Under the pieces are notes generated by a model. It was given only the letters and a program-made list of their open reading frames with translations. It had not been told where the DNA came from and did not search any database. The position numbers and the translations under genes were made by a program. Of a stretch of 64,000 nt of DNA, positions 1 to 13,900 are shown piece by piece. Within the stretch, counting starts at the first letter, position 1; every line of letters begins with the position of its first letter. The stretch comes from Marsupella aquatica. Its lineage: Eukaryota; Plantae; Marchantiophyta. The stretch is taken from positions 11,026,795 through 11,090,794 of the forward strand of contig OZ316896.1 of NCBI GenBank assembly GCA_973895155.1, given 5' to 3'.

Positions 1-699
1 TGAATATCTAGTCCTCTGTAATCCCAGAAACCAGAAATAGGTATCCTGATTTTCTCGCTTTTGTACAATATGGGGAACCTTTCTACATAAGCAATCGAAC
101 TTTAAGAATGAACGAGTATGTCCCAATGAATTACTGTTGCCTCATCGAGATAAGGGATTGGATGCTAATTGGAATCTGTGGATCAAGTACTCACGTCCAC
201 TAGCTGCTATGACAACGGTTGCTGATGGCTACCTACTAATGTATCAAATTCAATATGGAGGATCAATCACAACGCCTATCTTAGAAACAATTCCTCCCGA
301 ATAGCAAACCTCTTTATGTGAAAACACAGATAAAAAATAACCTCAGATATCTTCGTAAACACTTCTAATTGAAAGCAGCAAATTCAGGACACAAACAAGT
401 TACAAAGGAAATAATGCAAATCCACCATAGTAGTACCGACACCGTAGTAGAGTCTTGGAAAGATCAAACACTAAGCACGTCATCTACTGGGTCTCTACAA
501 AACCCTGCAAATCAACAATATTATGGAAAAATATTCAATCAAGTACCTAAAATAGATGAAATTCTCCAGACGTCAAACAGATCTTTGAATACGATGAGAA
601 GGATCAAAACATTTAGCGAACACTATCAGCTCCATCCTTACATCGTGCTTCCATATATCGTGCAGTCAAATTTTCTTTGACAAAATAGTGCATCAGCAC

Positions 700-3600
700 T
701 ACAGAGAATATATTGGCGGGAGACTGTCGTACGGCGTTCCGTAACTTACATCTGATCGCAATAAGTCGCTGTACTCCCACAGCGACAGCAACCAAACTCT
801 GCAAAGCTTAATGTTCGTCCATTCAGTGCAGGGGATGTAGGACGGCTTATTTTCAAGAAAAGCCAGTCACAACAAATAGTTCTCATTGGCTTTTCACAGG
901 TCAGAACGAAGTCAGAATGTACCAGATTAACATCTGTTGAAGCCCAAGGTTCCAATTGTGGCACAATCTGGAAGGTGGCCAGACAACAATCACCAGTGAC
1001 GTCTGATGGTCAGTACTCATTTGAGTATTGTTAGGAATTGTGGCATACCTAGAATTATAGGAACAAGCTTAAAGCACAGGAACCAAAACAACGGGCACAA
1101 CTCAGAGTGCATACCAGGTTCCCCAATCCATTGACCACTATTGCTCTTGTCCCTCCCAGTGTATCGTCTTGTAAGATAGGAATTTGAAGAGGACCAGCCC
1201 TAAGGTCTGTTAAATTATTTACAGATAATCGCACCTGAACCGCACCTGAACCGCACCTGAACCGCACCAATGTATAAAAACCCCAAGAAAATATGCAGGA
1301 AATGCAATTAGTTACTCGGTGCATTTATCGTAACGGTAGACGGCTGAGGAACCCAGGTAATATCACCAGTTGAAATACGTAATCTGCGTATGAACAAGTC
1401 TAAAGAATATTGACTCACCAAAAAAGCACGCTCCAGAACAATGCGAGATAGTAACTCCACAATCTCCAAACTCACATCTTTGCGAGGAATCGGCTGTTTT
1501 ACCTCAAAGAAACAACAGGTCAGATATGAACAAATTTACGCCCTGATGCTAGAATCTGAGCACCCTACTAATTATTGAAAATCCCGATGTGCACAACTCA
1601 TGATCGCTACGATTACTTCCAAATGCACCGAGGACCATGCCCGCCAATATCGCATTTAGAAACGTACAGAAAGCAGCATATATGTACACAGTATCCCTTG
1701 ATATCTCAGCAAAAAAACAAAACCAACCACATCTAGAAACTGGCAACTTACATTGCCCATAATTTGCTGAGTCTGCAGCCTGCCCGGTTCACCAAGGGTT
1801 GTCCTCCACAGTATTTTCAGCTTTCCAAGGGCGTTGGTGATCCCAGTCTTTAATGAACCACTCTCCAGGTCGCTTTAGCTCATAAAGAAAATGCCGAGTT
1901 CCACCATTACCTCTGACAAGCTTAACCTTAACTGAAAAGGCCACTGTACACGAGAACGACACAGAATGTTGAGTGTATCCTCTTCATTGATTATCTCATG
2001 AGGACAACAGCAGAATTAGATAGAAAACTCTGGGACAGTAAAAAGTACAGAAGCCACCTGATATAGGCCATGCAATGTAGGAGCAGGGACAATGGTCCAA
2101 CATCAAAGCTAAGGGCAGGCAAAGGCTTCTTTGGCCATATAGCTACTTTAGAAATAATACTGAAATTTGACTTTGAGGAGTATCCTCGGAGAACCGTTCT
2201 GTGCCAAACGATGAGATAATGTCATGAAAGGCATGGAAAGAAGTCCAGAAGGGCTAAATTTAACATTTAGCTTTAGACTGAGTTGGCAGATATCCTAATC
2301 AAAAAGCTTAATGGCCCTCACGCTAGGAGTAGGGATACTTGGGACAGGAACAACTACTCACATACGCGTGATGTAAGTTCCTAAGGAATAATAGGGACAC
2401 TTCTATATGGTGCATAATGAAACCGGCGTTGATGACGAAATGACGCCCGATTCTACTGATATACAAACTAGATGAGTCACATACATCCGTTAGGACCATG
2501 TCATTAGTGCAGGCCCAGGTATCCAGTCACTCGAGATTCGTGACAACTTACACTCGAATTGTCTAACACTAAAGCTTCCACAATTTGGATACCCTTATCA
2601 CGAGATCTCAGTATCAAGGATATTGAGTTGGATCTTATCCATTGCTGTTAAAACACTGAACTAGAAGACTTATAATTGGGATCATTGACATTATTTCTGC
2701 CGTTGCACCTAACAAAGCTATGAAATCTCTTTGAATTTTGATTCTTGTAAACTTAAACGTTGATTGATGGTCCCATATCGTGGGCATATTGTTGAAAACA
2801 GGAATGGTCCTATCCATGTCCTCACTCGACTTCTCCCCATCCTTTCGATATTACAGCGCAAATGTACATGCACGCCATTTTAACTTGAAGAAGGCTTTTG
2901 AAGTGAAGCCTTCGGAAAGCGAATATTTCCGGCAGTGGATGGATGTCTTGCTGAGGTCAACGTTTGAATGAGATTCTACGGTCCTGGTTTTCAGTCCAAT
3001 CCACATTGGTGGGACACTTCTAACGTCGAGACATTATAGGCATCACGGACAAATTAGGTGTCCATAAGGAAAGGCAGAAGAGAGTGCACGCGAGGGATGA
3101 GGGAGTTTAACACTCAGACTTTGAAGTGAACGTTGGGAAATCTGAGAGATCTCAGACTTTCATCGTACATCTCTTCCCAACGGTAAATGTTGAAGACTTC
3201 AAGCCAGTTATACCAAACGAAGGGCGAGGTCAGTGAACTTCCTGGATTGGTTTGAAGTATTACCGTAGAACGCCGTCTTAATCATCTTTGGGATCCTCGC
3301 CAGACTCCAATTCCTTGGAAAATAACGGGGCTACTGCGTCAAATTTGACATACTCTAGAAATAAATGACTTTTTGTGTTGTTCTCTATGCAAGCCTCCAA
3401 GTATGTCACATCCTGCATGAAGATTATTCAAGGAGCGAATCACTTTTCCTGCGACGAGATTTGAATTGATTACAAGGGAAGATCAACGAGCCCATTAATA
3501 AACACACAGTGTCGTGCCAGTCTCACCTTCACAACCCACACCTGCAGAAAGGCAACAGAGATAAGAAGGAAATCAGCCAAATATATTGCTACGAAAATCC

Positions 3601-5410
3601 TCTCAGATTCTTCCTCCATAAAGAGGGTGCCCAGTTAGAGAGCGTGCCACGTTCATGTTGCAAAGCAAACCAAAGAATCAGCTTTTAACCAATTTCAAGT
3701 GAGGGGTTTGAAGCAAACAGGTGAAACATTGCATACCTTAGTCCGAACTGAAAGGGGATTCGACGCCATAAATTTGAAGTACTGAGGTAATACTTCCGTT
3801 CTGTGTAGACTTCCATGCAGACAAGCCTGAAAAATACAGCAGTGCCACAACTGTCAGTGGCAAACATAAGTTCATCGCTTTGAGAATTCTCAGTAAGAGA
3901 CTAACAACGAATCCGAAGAGGCCTAATATACTCGATGATTTCTTAACATGGTATGAAGATTCCAGCGTTTTAGTTTAATCGATCTTTACATTTCAAGTTG
4001 AGATCTAAATCTTTCCGTGTGATATCAATCATAGATCTAATTCCATCACATGTGCTGCGCTGCAAATGTATGTCCAGAAGTAATAGATAGGACCTACAAA
4101 AATGCTCTGGGAGCAAAATAGTTGAACTCACGTGTGCGGTCCCAGTTCCTTGCTGTCATGTTCTATTATGCTGAGAAATCGTAACGACTACCTGCCTTAT
4201 GTAATCAAGTGGTGAGTTCGTGCTATCTGCAAGAATCAGCTTCTGCCGCTCTGTTTGAAGCTCTGCCTGCATCATTCCAGCTTCGTATCACAAGGTCTTC
4301 TATGAGAGATCAAAGGTGGGATGCCTCCACTACAGTGATCGGGGTTCTCTGCTCTTGTAACAGCATAGGACCGTGCGTGGTAAATGAAGTCCTGCAGGAC
4401 CTGTGCAGGAGAACTCGGCATACAATAGAAGTCCAAAGCAAGTATAGTGGAGGTCTGCGGGGTACCTTCACTCCAATCTCTCACATCGTGGTTTGTATGG
4501 TTTCCGACTCCATTGTAACTACAGAAAGTTTCCCCGAGATAAATACACCTGCACAACGGACAACAATGGACATCAATCCACTCTCGTCTCCTTAGTAATA
4601 CTTGTTATCTCGATAGCATCACAAACCTCAGTCTAAGCTGATTGCTAAAAAACTTTCTGTCCCCATGAAACACCACAATTGAGCTATTGGACCTCATCCT
4701 CCAGTTGTCTCTCACCCGAGAATCAACGTGAAAGGTAGGAGATGCGTTGAAACCCACCCAAAAGTTTGAGGGAGCACCAAACGACCTGAGAGTCCTAACG
4801 CATCAACTGGCTCCTGTAATTCACTTCTTCTCCAAAACGACGTCTTCTCTTTCGCTTCTTCAACATCAGGACCCTCCACAATCTTTTAGACATCGTGTTC
4901 TCCACACATCAAGTCCACTGCACGAATTCAAGCAAGCAAGACAGAGACGACAAACTCAGAATAGACTGGACCTTCAGAACTTATTATTGTCGATATGCAG
5001 GGCCAAGCGCTTGGTCATTATGGTATTCTTTCTCTATTTTAACCGTAGAAAAACGTGTCCTGCCGTGTTAGTGCCAATTGCAAAATTCCCGTGTTTTTAT
5101 ACTGTGCTGTAAATGCACAAATCTAATGATCCTTTCGATCGCGTCCTTTCGAGTAACCCGTGAATGCCACATCGAGTGTAAAGTGAAGTGGACCATCAAA
5201 CAAATGTACGCATCACCGCACTGTAGGAAGGAAAGCTAGATTTACAGTTTTAGACCAACCACAAATGGCCCCGAGCCCGAAAATAGCGTTTTGAAACTGA
5301 GAAAAATCACCTGGAACCCAACGCAGCCCGAAATCTACGCGCATTGCAGGCCTACAGAGCCTCATCACTCTGAACGTCAACGAGTGGCCGCTGCCTGGAG
5401 CGGAGTACAT
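700..5410 (-). pseudogene. TRAPPC13: TRAPPC13-like (trafficking protein particle complex subunit 13) unprocessed pseudogene, ~12 exons
   Basis: GT-AG exons at about 5410-5311, 4917-4758, 4548-4466, 4266-4132, 3826-3737, 3541-3527, 3412-~3250, ~1942-1751, 1493-1419, 1234-1115, 967-923 and 798-~700. They encode plant TRAPPC13 motifs: HSLTFRVMRLCRP, GLSGRLVLPQTFG-IYLGETFCSY, AELQTERQ, ERKYLPQYFKFMASNPLSVRTK, TYLEACIENNTKS, LGEPGRLQTQQI. There is an in-frame TAA at 4888-4886 and frameshifts in exons 3, 4, 5 and 8. Confidence 0.85.
1230..1268. repeat. 11-bp tandem repeat (CGCACCTGAAC x~3.5) spanning a TRAPPC13 splice acceptor
   Basis: Seen directly. On the minus strand each unit contains GTTCAG|GTGCG, so the acceptor is triplicated. 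Confidence 0.85.
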
Positions 5411-8400
5411 CGTGAAAGACGAACTACGGGATCTGCACGAAACTCAAAATTCGGAAGAAGACGCGGTGCTTGGAGACGGAACTGTGATCCACGTTATAGA
5501 CAGCTACTCCCAAACACGCGAAACATGGTTCGAATCTAGCTTTCTCCAAGACAGACGCATCATTGCCGACGGGATCGCCACCGAAACGTTCTAATTATTA
5601 AGGCGCGGTCAAATCTCAGCCGTATCAATTTCACATCTGTCGATCCCGATCTGGATTTCCACCAATGAACCTCGTTCTGCGAATTGCGAACTGGATGGAT
5701 CGACCGGTACACACACACAAGGCAGCTTTCTCTTCGTCAATTCGTCGATTAATTTCTTGTTCCATTTGGTTAGGGCTCCATCGCAGATTCTTGAAGAACG
5801 AGGAGCACTGGTCTGTAGGTGGTCAACGACACGAGTCGTCGATGGATAAGAACGTTTCCTTTGGACGTTCAAAACAGAAAGAAGAACTCTCGTAGTAGAG
5901 CATAATTTTTACCCGCCCCTCTCCTCTTCGTCGGACAACACATTTGGGGTGACGCCACCGGCACGGAAGTCGATCACTCCATAGTTCCCCGGTCAGGTTT
6001 ACCGATCAAGTTTGCCGGTTGCTGGGGCGGGTCGTCAAGTTCACGGCGCGAAAAATCACGAGGCTCGCCCGCACAGGACCACGCTAAAACTGGACCATTG
6101 TTAATTATTATGATGATGCAAAATGGATGGATATATTATATCTTAGTTATAAAGTACTTTCAGGGTTATTCTCTAGAGTGAAGCCTCTAGATCATAACTC
6201 TCAATAGTAAAAAAACTGAAAATGAAGGTGTACCCAAAAAAACAATGGGAGCAAACATTAATAAAACTGATATTGACTCTATATTATGACAAAACTAAAA
6301 AATGATTTTCAATAGGAGACAAAATAGAAGTGAGGGTGAGAAAAAAAAAGGGATGGAGGATTTTTTCAGTGTACCTTCTCCTTTGCCTAGCTGTTTCTTT
6401 TGTCACCTCATTATTTTCTTTGTCAACTGATTATGTCACCTGGCCATTTCACTTGTCGCCCTAGCTTCTTCTAAGGACATTTCACTTCACCAGGTTGTTT
6501 CCCTGACACCCTTTGTCTTTGCCACCACATGGACGGGTAGATAGCACTCAAAGGTACTGTCTGTCTAGAGCCTTCACTTAGCTCAAGAACATTAGATCCT
6601 GCAAAGTTGGGTGAAAAGGGACTGTTGGGTGCCACATATGCTCTATTTTGATGAAAATTTAACATCAAAGTTGGGTGTCACATATGCTATGGAGTAACCG
6701 TGACATCCATACACTGTCTTGTCACTTAATTATGCTGTAATAGTCAGACATAAGCTTACAGTAGCGCTTTGGGAACCTCCCATCCAAACATTATGCTTTA
6801 TCACATATGCTATATTAGTCCTGGCAATGAAAAAGAATTATAACCAAACCATTGCACCATCTATTTCCTGGGTCACCTGGTAGGACTAACAATTGTTTGT
6901 CTACAATCTTCACTAGGTCAGGGATTTGCTTATCAGGCAAAAATGCATTCAAGACCCAAAAGACCTGTTTTGCAAGGGTACTAGAGAGGGTCACCTCTTA
7001 TGTATGACCCAATGAGACACATTTTTTTAGAGTCTACCATAACTTAGCACAACAGGCCATGATTTCTATTCTAGGCAAATTTGTGCCATATTTCTTACAT
7101 TGAAACCCCTCCAGCAAAATCTACAAAGGAAAATTTTGAGATTTCTTTGATAAGTTGACCTGAATCCTCATTGGAGCTCTTTGCCTTTAGCCAGATCTAA
7201 CCCATTCTCCTTATATCATAATGTATTTGGGAAAGGTTTGCAAATTGGCTTTTAATTACATTGCCACTAAAGATGTGCTTAATTGTAATATTGCCAGAGG
7301 TTAGGGTTCATAATAATACATATAACCCAAAAAGACAACTGAAGGGTTAAACATGGGCTCCACCATGAGGCAGACTCCATTCTGTAGGAGGCATGTGTTA
7401 GCTTAGAGTCTAATCTGTTGGCACTATTGATAACAAGATTGCCCTCAAGTTCTCCAAAGCTCGCTCCAAAGGAGTTTCCTGAAGAGCAATCATTTAGGGT
7501 CTATTACTCACTTACAACCTTCCCCACTCATGAGCTCAATTCAGATCAACATGTTGTTGCCATATATGGTCATTTAGTTTTAAGCTTCAATGTCCATACA
7601 ATGAATTGTGAAATCTTTTCTTCAAACTACTCACTTGATTCTTAATGAATGTTGACAATTATGGGCTTTGTCATGCACATACACATCGTTACACAACATA
7701 CATGGCTTGTCACACACATCTAAGCATAGTCACAATCCAACATCACAAACATAAGAGAATGGAGTACAAGTGGAACTCCTTTCCACATGTGTCCAAAACC
7801 CACAATCGCTGCCCTAGCTAAGAGTGAGATCCCCTAACCCTAACTATCCATAAGTTCTACCAGTTTATTATACACTATTTTAAGTGCAAAGATCATGAGG
7901 CCGGGTGCAAGTGAGCCCCATTGATCACCTTCTTGCAATCTATATCTCCCATTAGAACACAAATGGTAACTAGTTGGCTTCATCAACATTGAGGACACAA
8001 CCATGATCTGCTATGACTCACCTCCAATGGTGGTGTCAAACACGACATGTGTCATCCTCTAGAACACTTATCACAAATCAACATTGATAGTGGTCGCTCC
8101 TTGAGCATATCCACACAAACATACACTTGAAGCCGGCACAAACATGGGCTAAGCTTGGATCTACAATACCATCTTTGAAAAATGACATGGTACACAATTG
8201 CACACATGATCCTTCCAAATGTCACACCATTTAGAGTGGTACTATAGTGTATCGTACTATCTAGGCATAGAGGTTTGTTTGTGTGCTATATGAGCATTTT
8301 GTATTTAGTAAATTGTGTTTGTGTGAGAGATAGTTATCCCCTTGTGTTGGCTCAAGGGCCTCATCTTTCAATGTTGAGCCTATAAGCCTATGAGCATTTG

Positions 8401-8857
8401 AGCACAAGCTCTAGTGGCTAGCTATGGTGTGGCTGACCAGGTTGTGTTCTACATGTAACGTGGATTCCTTGATTGAAGCACAAGGTGCGTTGGGCTTGAT
8501 ATACGTGTGTGATTGCATCGGGCAGGATCTTTGTTGGATTGGCACCGATCGCTGTTTGAATTTTATTGTCAAGATTATTGTGGGTTTTGGATATGTGTGG
8601 ACATGGGTTCCATTTGGATCCATTCTCTTATGTTTGTGATGTTGGATTGTGACTATGTCTGGATGTGTTAACGAGCGATGTATATTGTGTAGCGATATAT
8701 ATGCGCACGACACAAACCATACGATCATGTCCTTCCAATATTAGGACGCTAGTAGGCAACACTTCACGCACACGTAAGGTTGTCCAACCGGCGGTCACAT
8801 CAAGTGTTGTTGGTGTTGTCTGTTATAAATAAACATAAATCATCCATGATGAAACCG

Positions 8858-9260
8858 TCAGATCCTCGCACGATAACCTCCTCCATGAATAGTGGCATAC
8901 CTCAAAGTATCACAATGTTGGGCAATGGCAAGGTTGTCAAATGCCATTGGCATGACTAGCTCTTTCAAAACTAGTGCCCTCTTTGAACATACCTTGACCC
9001 AAGTCCACAATAGTTGCCACATCACGACAAACAACCGCTGGAAAATCTGACTCTCTACCATAGAGCAAGAAATAAGATGAGAAGGATGCAAGTGACGCTT
9101 GTCAACTGATATGGTAGCCCATAGCTAACCAAGGTAGTTGGAGATCCAAATCTCTCAAATGACCAATCTGCAAGTTGTACTTACGCAATCCTCTCTTCAC
9201 AATTTGTACAACTCTTATTGTCAATCCATCCACCTCAAAATGATCACGAAAAGTAATACA
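8858..9260 (-). mobile_element. Old, degraded Ty3/gypsy integrase fragment related to the element at 50.4-60.0 kb
   Basis: Translation KELVMPMAFDNLAIAQHCDTLRYATIHGGGY aligns by eye with RRVMPMDMENLAIAQHRDTLRYAHTRGGTF in ORF 51450..51902. Confidence 0.75.
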
Positions 9261-9339
9261 AGACCATTGTATTATATTGTAATAAATGCATTCTAATTTA
9301 TATTATCATTTGGATGGTTTTCACTCGTACTTTCTCATG

Positions 9340-9742
9340 TGTGTGTGTGTGTGTGTGTTTTCTTTTTCCCCAAGTTGCGTGTCTTTTTTCATGACCTTCA
9401 AGTGTTTTTTTCATCTTTGTGTTTGTATGATCATGTACGAACTGACATTCAGATGATTTTCATTGGTCCTCTCTTGTTCTATGTTTTGTTTTTCATTTTC
9501 CTCAGGTTGTGTGTTTTGTTTCTTTTTCTTTCTTGTTGCGGGTTTTTTTATTCATTACTAAAGTGTGTGTTTTTTCCATTTTTTTGTGTGTACGGTGGTG
9601 CCACCACTTTGGTTTTGAGTGCAATTGTTTTTTGTAATTCTGGGTTTTGTTTTTAATTCTCAACTTTAGAATATTTTCTCAAGTGCTAATGTTTTTGTAT
9701 AGAAGAGTAGAGGCCAGATAGATTTTTGCTATCTGGTTCTAG
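9340..9742 (+). mobile_element. Possible non-autonomous Helitron-like 3' end (T-rich body, hairpin, CTAG)
   Basis: Hairpin CCAGATAG-atttttg-CTATCTGG (9714-9736) is followed by CTAG|T at 9739-9742. No 5' terminus identified. Confidence 0.3.
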
Positions 9743-10922
9743 TGTGATTTTGTTTTTGCATATGACTCGGGTGTGAAATTTTGGGTCATAAATCATATTT
9801 ATTTATGTTTTACAAAAAATACAGAATTTGTCTGAATTTTCACACCCGAGCCCTTGTTCACAAAAAAGCACACGACAACATATAATTGTACATGGTAGCT
9901 CAATCAAGAGTGTATTGCATTCTTGATGTTGCGTCCAATCACACCATAAATCTTGACATCCTTCTTTTCTTTCCCACTTTCATTCCCAACTTAGTAACAG
10001 CTCCATGTGCAGCCTAGACCTTGCTCGTTAGCATTTGTGTTCTCTTGTGGCCAGGGGATTCCACTTTTAGAAATGCAGTTCAAAAATGACTATTCATGCA
10101 GGAGAGTGAGGGAGAGTAGCATTCATGGCACAAGAGAGTGAGGGCAATTCATCAGCACAAGTCATGGGCAACAGAAATTCCAACTCTACACAATCCCAAT
10201 GGAACATCCACCCAATCAAGACTCAACACGTGGAAACGGAGTAAGCCCTAGTAACCATAGATTGACGACAACCATGGCAATATTATAAAATAATACAGAA
10301 AATGTGGCAGCATTGTATCTAAGCATATCTTTAGTAGTGATGTACTTTAAAGTAGTTTACAAAAACGAAACAATGCAAGCTGCCAACCACATTTGTGCTT
10401 TGCTCAAGTATACCAATGGCTGCGGATATACCGTATAGCATTAAAATCTTCCCCTTTCTCTGCAATGAAAGAACTACCAAAGAACTAAAGCATATGCAAG
10501 AGACTCAGATGAATTAAGATAGCCATCATGGATGATTATTCAGATGAATGCTAAAAGACTTTGTTTGCACAAAGTAATGTGTGTAGGATATGGACATGAA
10601 AGGGGGTCATCACACTAGATGACTATCCAAAATCAGATGGTTGGGGCCAGGGGGAGGAACCTATCTTCGAAATTCTACTTCTCTATTTTAAAAACAAAGT
10701 GACTGAGAGAACCGGTGGATTGTCTAATCAGGAGGCAGAGGTACAACATCATTGTGAGGAGCTATATTCTCCTTGTGAGATATCGACAGAGGACACCCAA
10801 GCCATGGGAGAATCCCACAGGACCCTTTGTGCTCACACTCATTTTTTCCCAATGGAAGCCTGTTACCATAGCATGCCTGAGAGGTGATGAAGTTTTTTTG
10901 TAATGGTTTTTTCCAGCGTTCA

Positions 10923-10992
10923 GTGTCAATACTTGTGCGTTTGATGGTTCATGTGCTTGGCTTGCCGTTGCGATTGTTGTCTATGCTCAACA
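10923..10992 (+). mobile_element. Fragment of a copia LTR end (U5), same family as the LTR at 60041-60515
   Basis: gtgtcaatacttgtgcgtttgatggttcatg...gcttgccgttgcgattgttgtctatgctcaaca closely matches the reverse complement of 60041-60105 and ends in the same CAACA terminus. Confidence 0.75.
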
Positions 10993-13900
10993 CATATGTC
11001 TCAATTTCTGAATTGTTTAATCTTCCTTCCTCCTATCTATGCAATAGTCCTCGAGCTCCATGATTTTTGAAGATGCAAGTAATCATAGAGGATTGGGGTC
11101 AACCAGGAGCATGCAGGAAACACTGGTGGTTCCTTTTAACCCTTGCTGCAACCAAGGAGGGACAAAAGATGTGGGAATCTCCTGAAGAACTCAGGTGGAC
11201 CATTGCAATGGAGAGGACCCAACTGAGATGATATTTGTTACTTAATAGGCTTTCATTTGTGTGGATGCTCACACTGTTTCAAAAGTTCTTTGGTCTATTC
11301 TTTGTCAAACTTGTGGTCCATCTAAGCATCAACTTTAGCAAACACTACATCTGCGGACAATTCCTGAACACAAAAGTGGCTTTCGCACGTACATACTCAC
11401 CCCCCCGCCCCCCCCCCCCCCCCCCCCAAATATGTACCAGAACCCCCCCCCCAAAAAAAAAAAAAATACATAAAAAACATAAAAAACAGAAACACAAATG
11501 AAAACAAACAAATGAGAGCCCCAAGCTACACTTCCTGGACCCGAAGCTCCCACCAAGGCTGACTTCATTCATCCAATTATTTTACCATATCCCCCTACAA
11601 CCACTTCAGTCATTGATGGAACAAGTTGGTAAGCCTTTAGATTCTCACACACATCATAGTCAGGTAGATTTAGTAAAACTTCCAGGTGAATTAAACATTC
11701 CCCTCTCATATCTGTGTACAATTTAAAAACAAGTTAACCATTTTAAACGTATTGTGTGCAAGAGTCTGGTCGAGCCTAATGGAAATTTTATGATTTTCCA
11801 ATGCAATGCTACAGTAGAGGGAATGTCTAGACGAATTTTGAAGCAAACGCCAGATTAAAAATTGGTGCATGATGCACTTTTGATTGAAACGGAGGGACGA
11901 TTCTAGCTAATCTTTAAGAGCTCCACGACACACTTGGGCCACTTCAATGTCGGGACCACATAGCCACATTGGACAAACTATCAGAGGTCACTTCAACCAG
12001 GACCAATGAGAGCACCCTAGGGATGATCACCTACACGCATGCACTAGGCCAAAAGCTAATTATTTCCTTTCCAATTATGGGTATGGATAATTTCTCTAGA
12101 TTGGATGTGTTTGTACTGCCTTGATAAATCAGTGTTTCACATTAAAAACTTAGAATGTTTCTGAGATCATGAAAGTTTTCCCAGGTTTTCATGAACAGCA
12201 CCTAAAATCTGGTCCCAAGGTTAATTCTCAATTATTATTAGCGAACGTGGTTGTCTCTACGGTAGTAGCGTAATCGCGATGACTGATGAGCAGGAGTAAT
12301 CATTGCGCGAGGGACCAGCCAACTGGCACCGGGAAATGCCAACTGCAAGAGTGCGCCTCGGGTACATCTTCACGGTTCCCCACCGGTCGTGGAAAAAATC
12401 CTGTATACACGACTACTACTCTTCCGTATATTGTTAATTTACCGCGCGCGGTAATAAGACGGGGAGTGTATTACTACTACTGTTCCTACCGTCCCTATCT
12501 TTCCGTCACCTCCTAACGTACGCTCGCCCACTCGTGCAAGACGCCCGCCCACTTCCGTCCGCGCCCTCTTTCCGCCTCTCTTCCTTTCGTCCGGGCCATC
12601 TTTCAAAGTGCCGTGCTCGGCTGGGTTTGGGCTGGCTTCTCGTCGTCGTCGTCTTCTTCGTCCTAGTGTCTCGTCTTTCTCTGGGATCCTCTCTCGTCCT
12701 TCATTGTGCGGTGTCTTTCCTCCGCTCGAGTGCTCGACCTCACCTCTCTCTACTACGCTCTCGCGGTTTTGTGGAGCACGCAGCACAGAGCGAAGCGAAG
12801 GGACAGGACGGGACGGGACGGGAAAGGGAAGTAGCGTCCGCAATCGGTGGCGGTGGGAGGGACGAAGGATTGATTATTATTGGAGAGGAGGTGAAGGTTT
12901 TGGTTGGAGTGTCGGGCGGAGCGAGCTCGGTCGCTTGGGGATCCGTTGGGGAAGGCACTTTTCTCGTGCATTTCGAAAAATCATCATTCCCGCTTGCTCA
13001 CTGGCTCGCTCTCCATGACCTGTCCGAATTTCTTCTTCCGGTGCTGGTGATTGTGTTAGTGATTCCTCTGCTCGCGCCTGGTGCGGATGTCGTGAAGGAA
13101 GGCGGGAGAGCTTTCAATCTGACAAACTTGTCTATTGGGAGTTTTGCACACGTTTGCCTGTTTGCTGAGTGCATCGAGCCCACGGTGTGCTGGACAGACC
13201 CTGTTTGACCCTCTGCGGGTTGCATCTGTCCCTCTGATTGGTCTGTTTCCTGCAAGGGCGGTCCTTAGCTGTTGAAATTGCTTCCGGCCACAACATATCA
13301 TCACCGCGTTGAGGTCAACGATCGTGGAGAGTAGGACTTCGTCGGAGGTGTGATGCCGTAGCCTCACTTAATCCAGTTGCTGCCTTCTTTATAGTGTTTG
13401 CAAAGTCTTCGTTCATCATGTTTTCTCTCGCAATTTGGTCTTTAGGATCTTGTCATCTTTCCCATGTTCTGCTCCCGGTTCGTTTGCGGATTCAGAGGTT
13501 GTCTGTGCACTTGCGATGTATGTTATATGCCTGTGTCTGTATATGCATTACTTGCCTCTGAGGACGCTTCTCTAGATATTGTCATGCACTTCATGGCAGA
13601 GATGAAGGTCTTCTTTACCCCGTAATGGTTTTAGATGAGCACGCCAACATCTGCTTGTTCTTTGCACCTGGTGCTACTCGTTCATCCAGTAGGTGCAGTC
13701 TTGTGTGGACCGTCAAGAAGTCTCGAGTTTGACCAAATTCATGGTTGGGGCCCTTCGCTACTCAGATAGGGTATGAGTTGTTTTTACATCATCCATCATG
13801 GTGGATTAGGGTATTAGATGTCCCCTCTACTCGAGATAATCCGAAGTTGCCATCGTCGAAATTGAGTAGCCGCTCTTTACCCCTTTTCGCACTGTCCATC

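Noticed and set aside
1-680. ORF 369..680 and upstream coding-like sequence
   Set aside because: No recognisable motif, no ATG start and multiple stops upstream. It may be TE debris but cannot be supported.
2630-3200. Possible gene fragment inside the long TRAPPC13 intron
   Set aside because: Short ORFs with no family I can recognise.
6800-7650. Possible degraded DNA-transposase remnant
   Set aside because: Too many stops and no diagnostic motif I can name confidently.
11395-11520. C-run/A-run ORFs and a possible G-quadruplex
   Set aside because: Low-complexity homopolymers. The ORFs are artefacts.
12439-13367. Several overlapping 100-220 aa ORFs
   Set aside because: GC-rich promoter, 5'UTR and first intron of RCE1. 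The translations are low-complexity with non-ATG starts.
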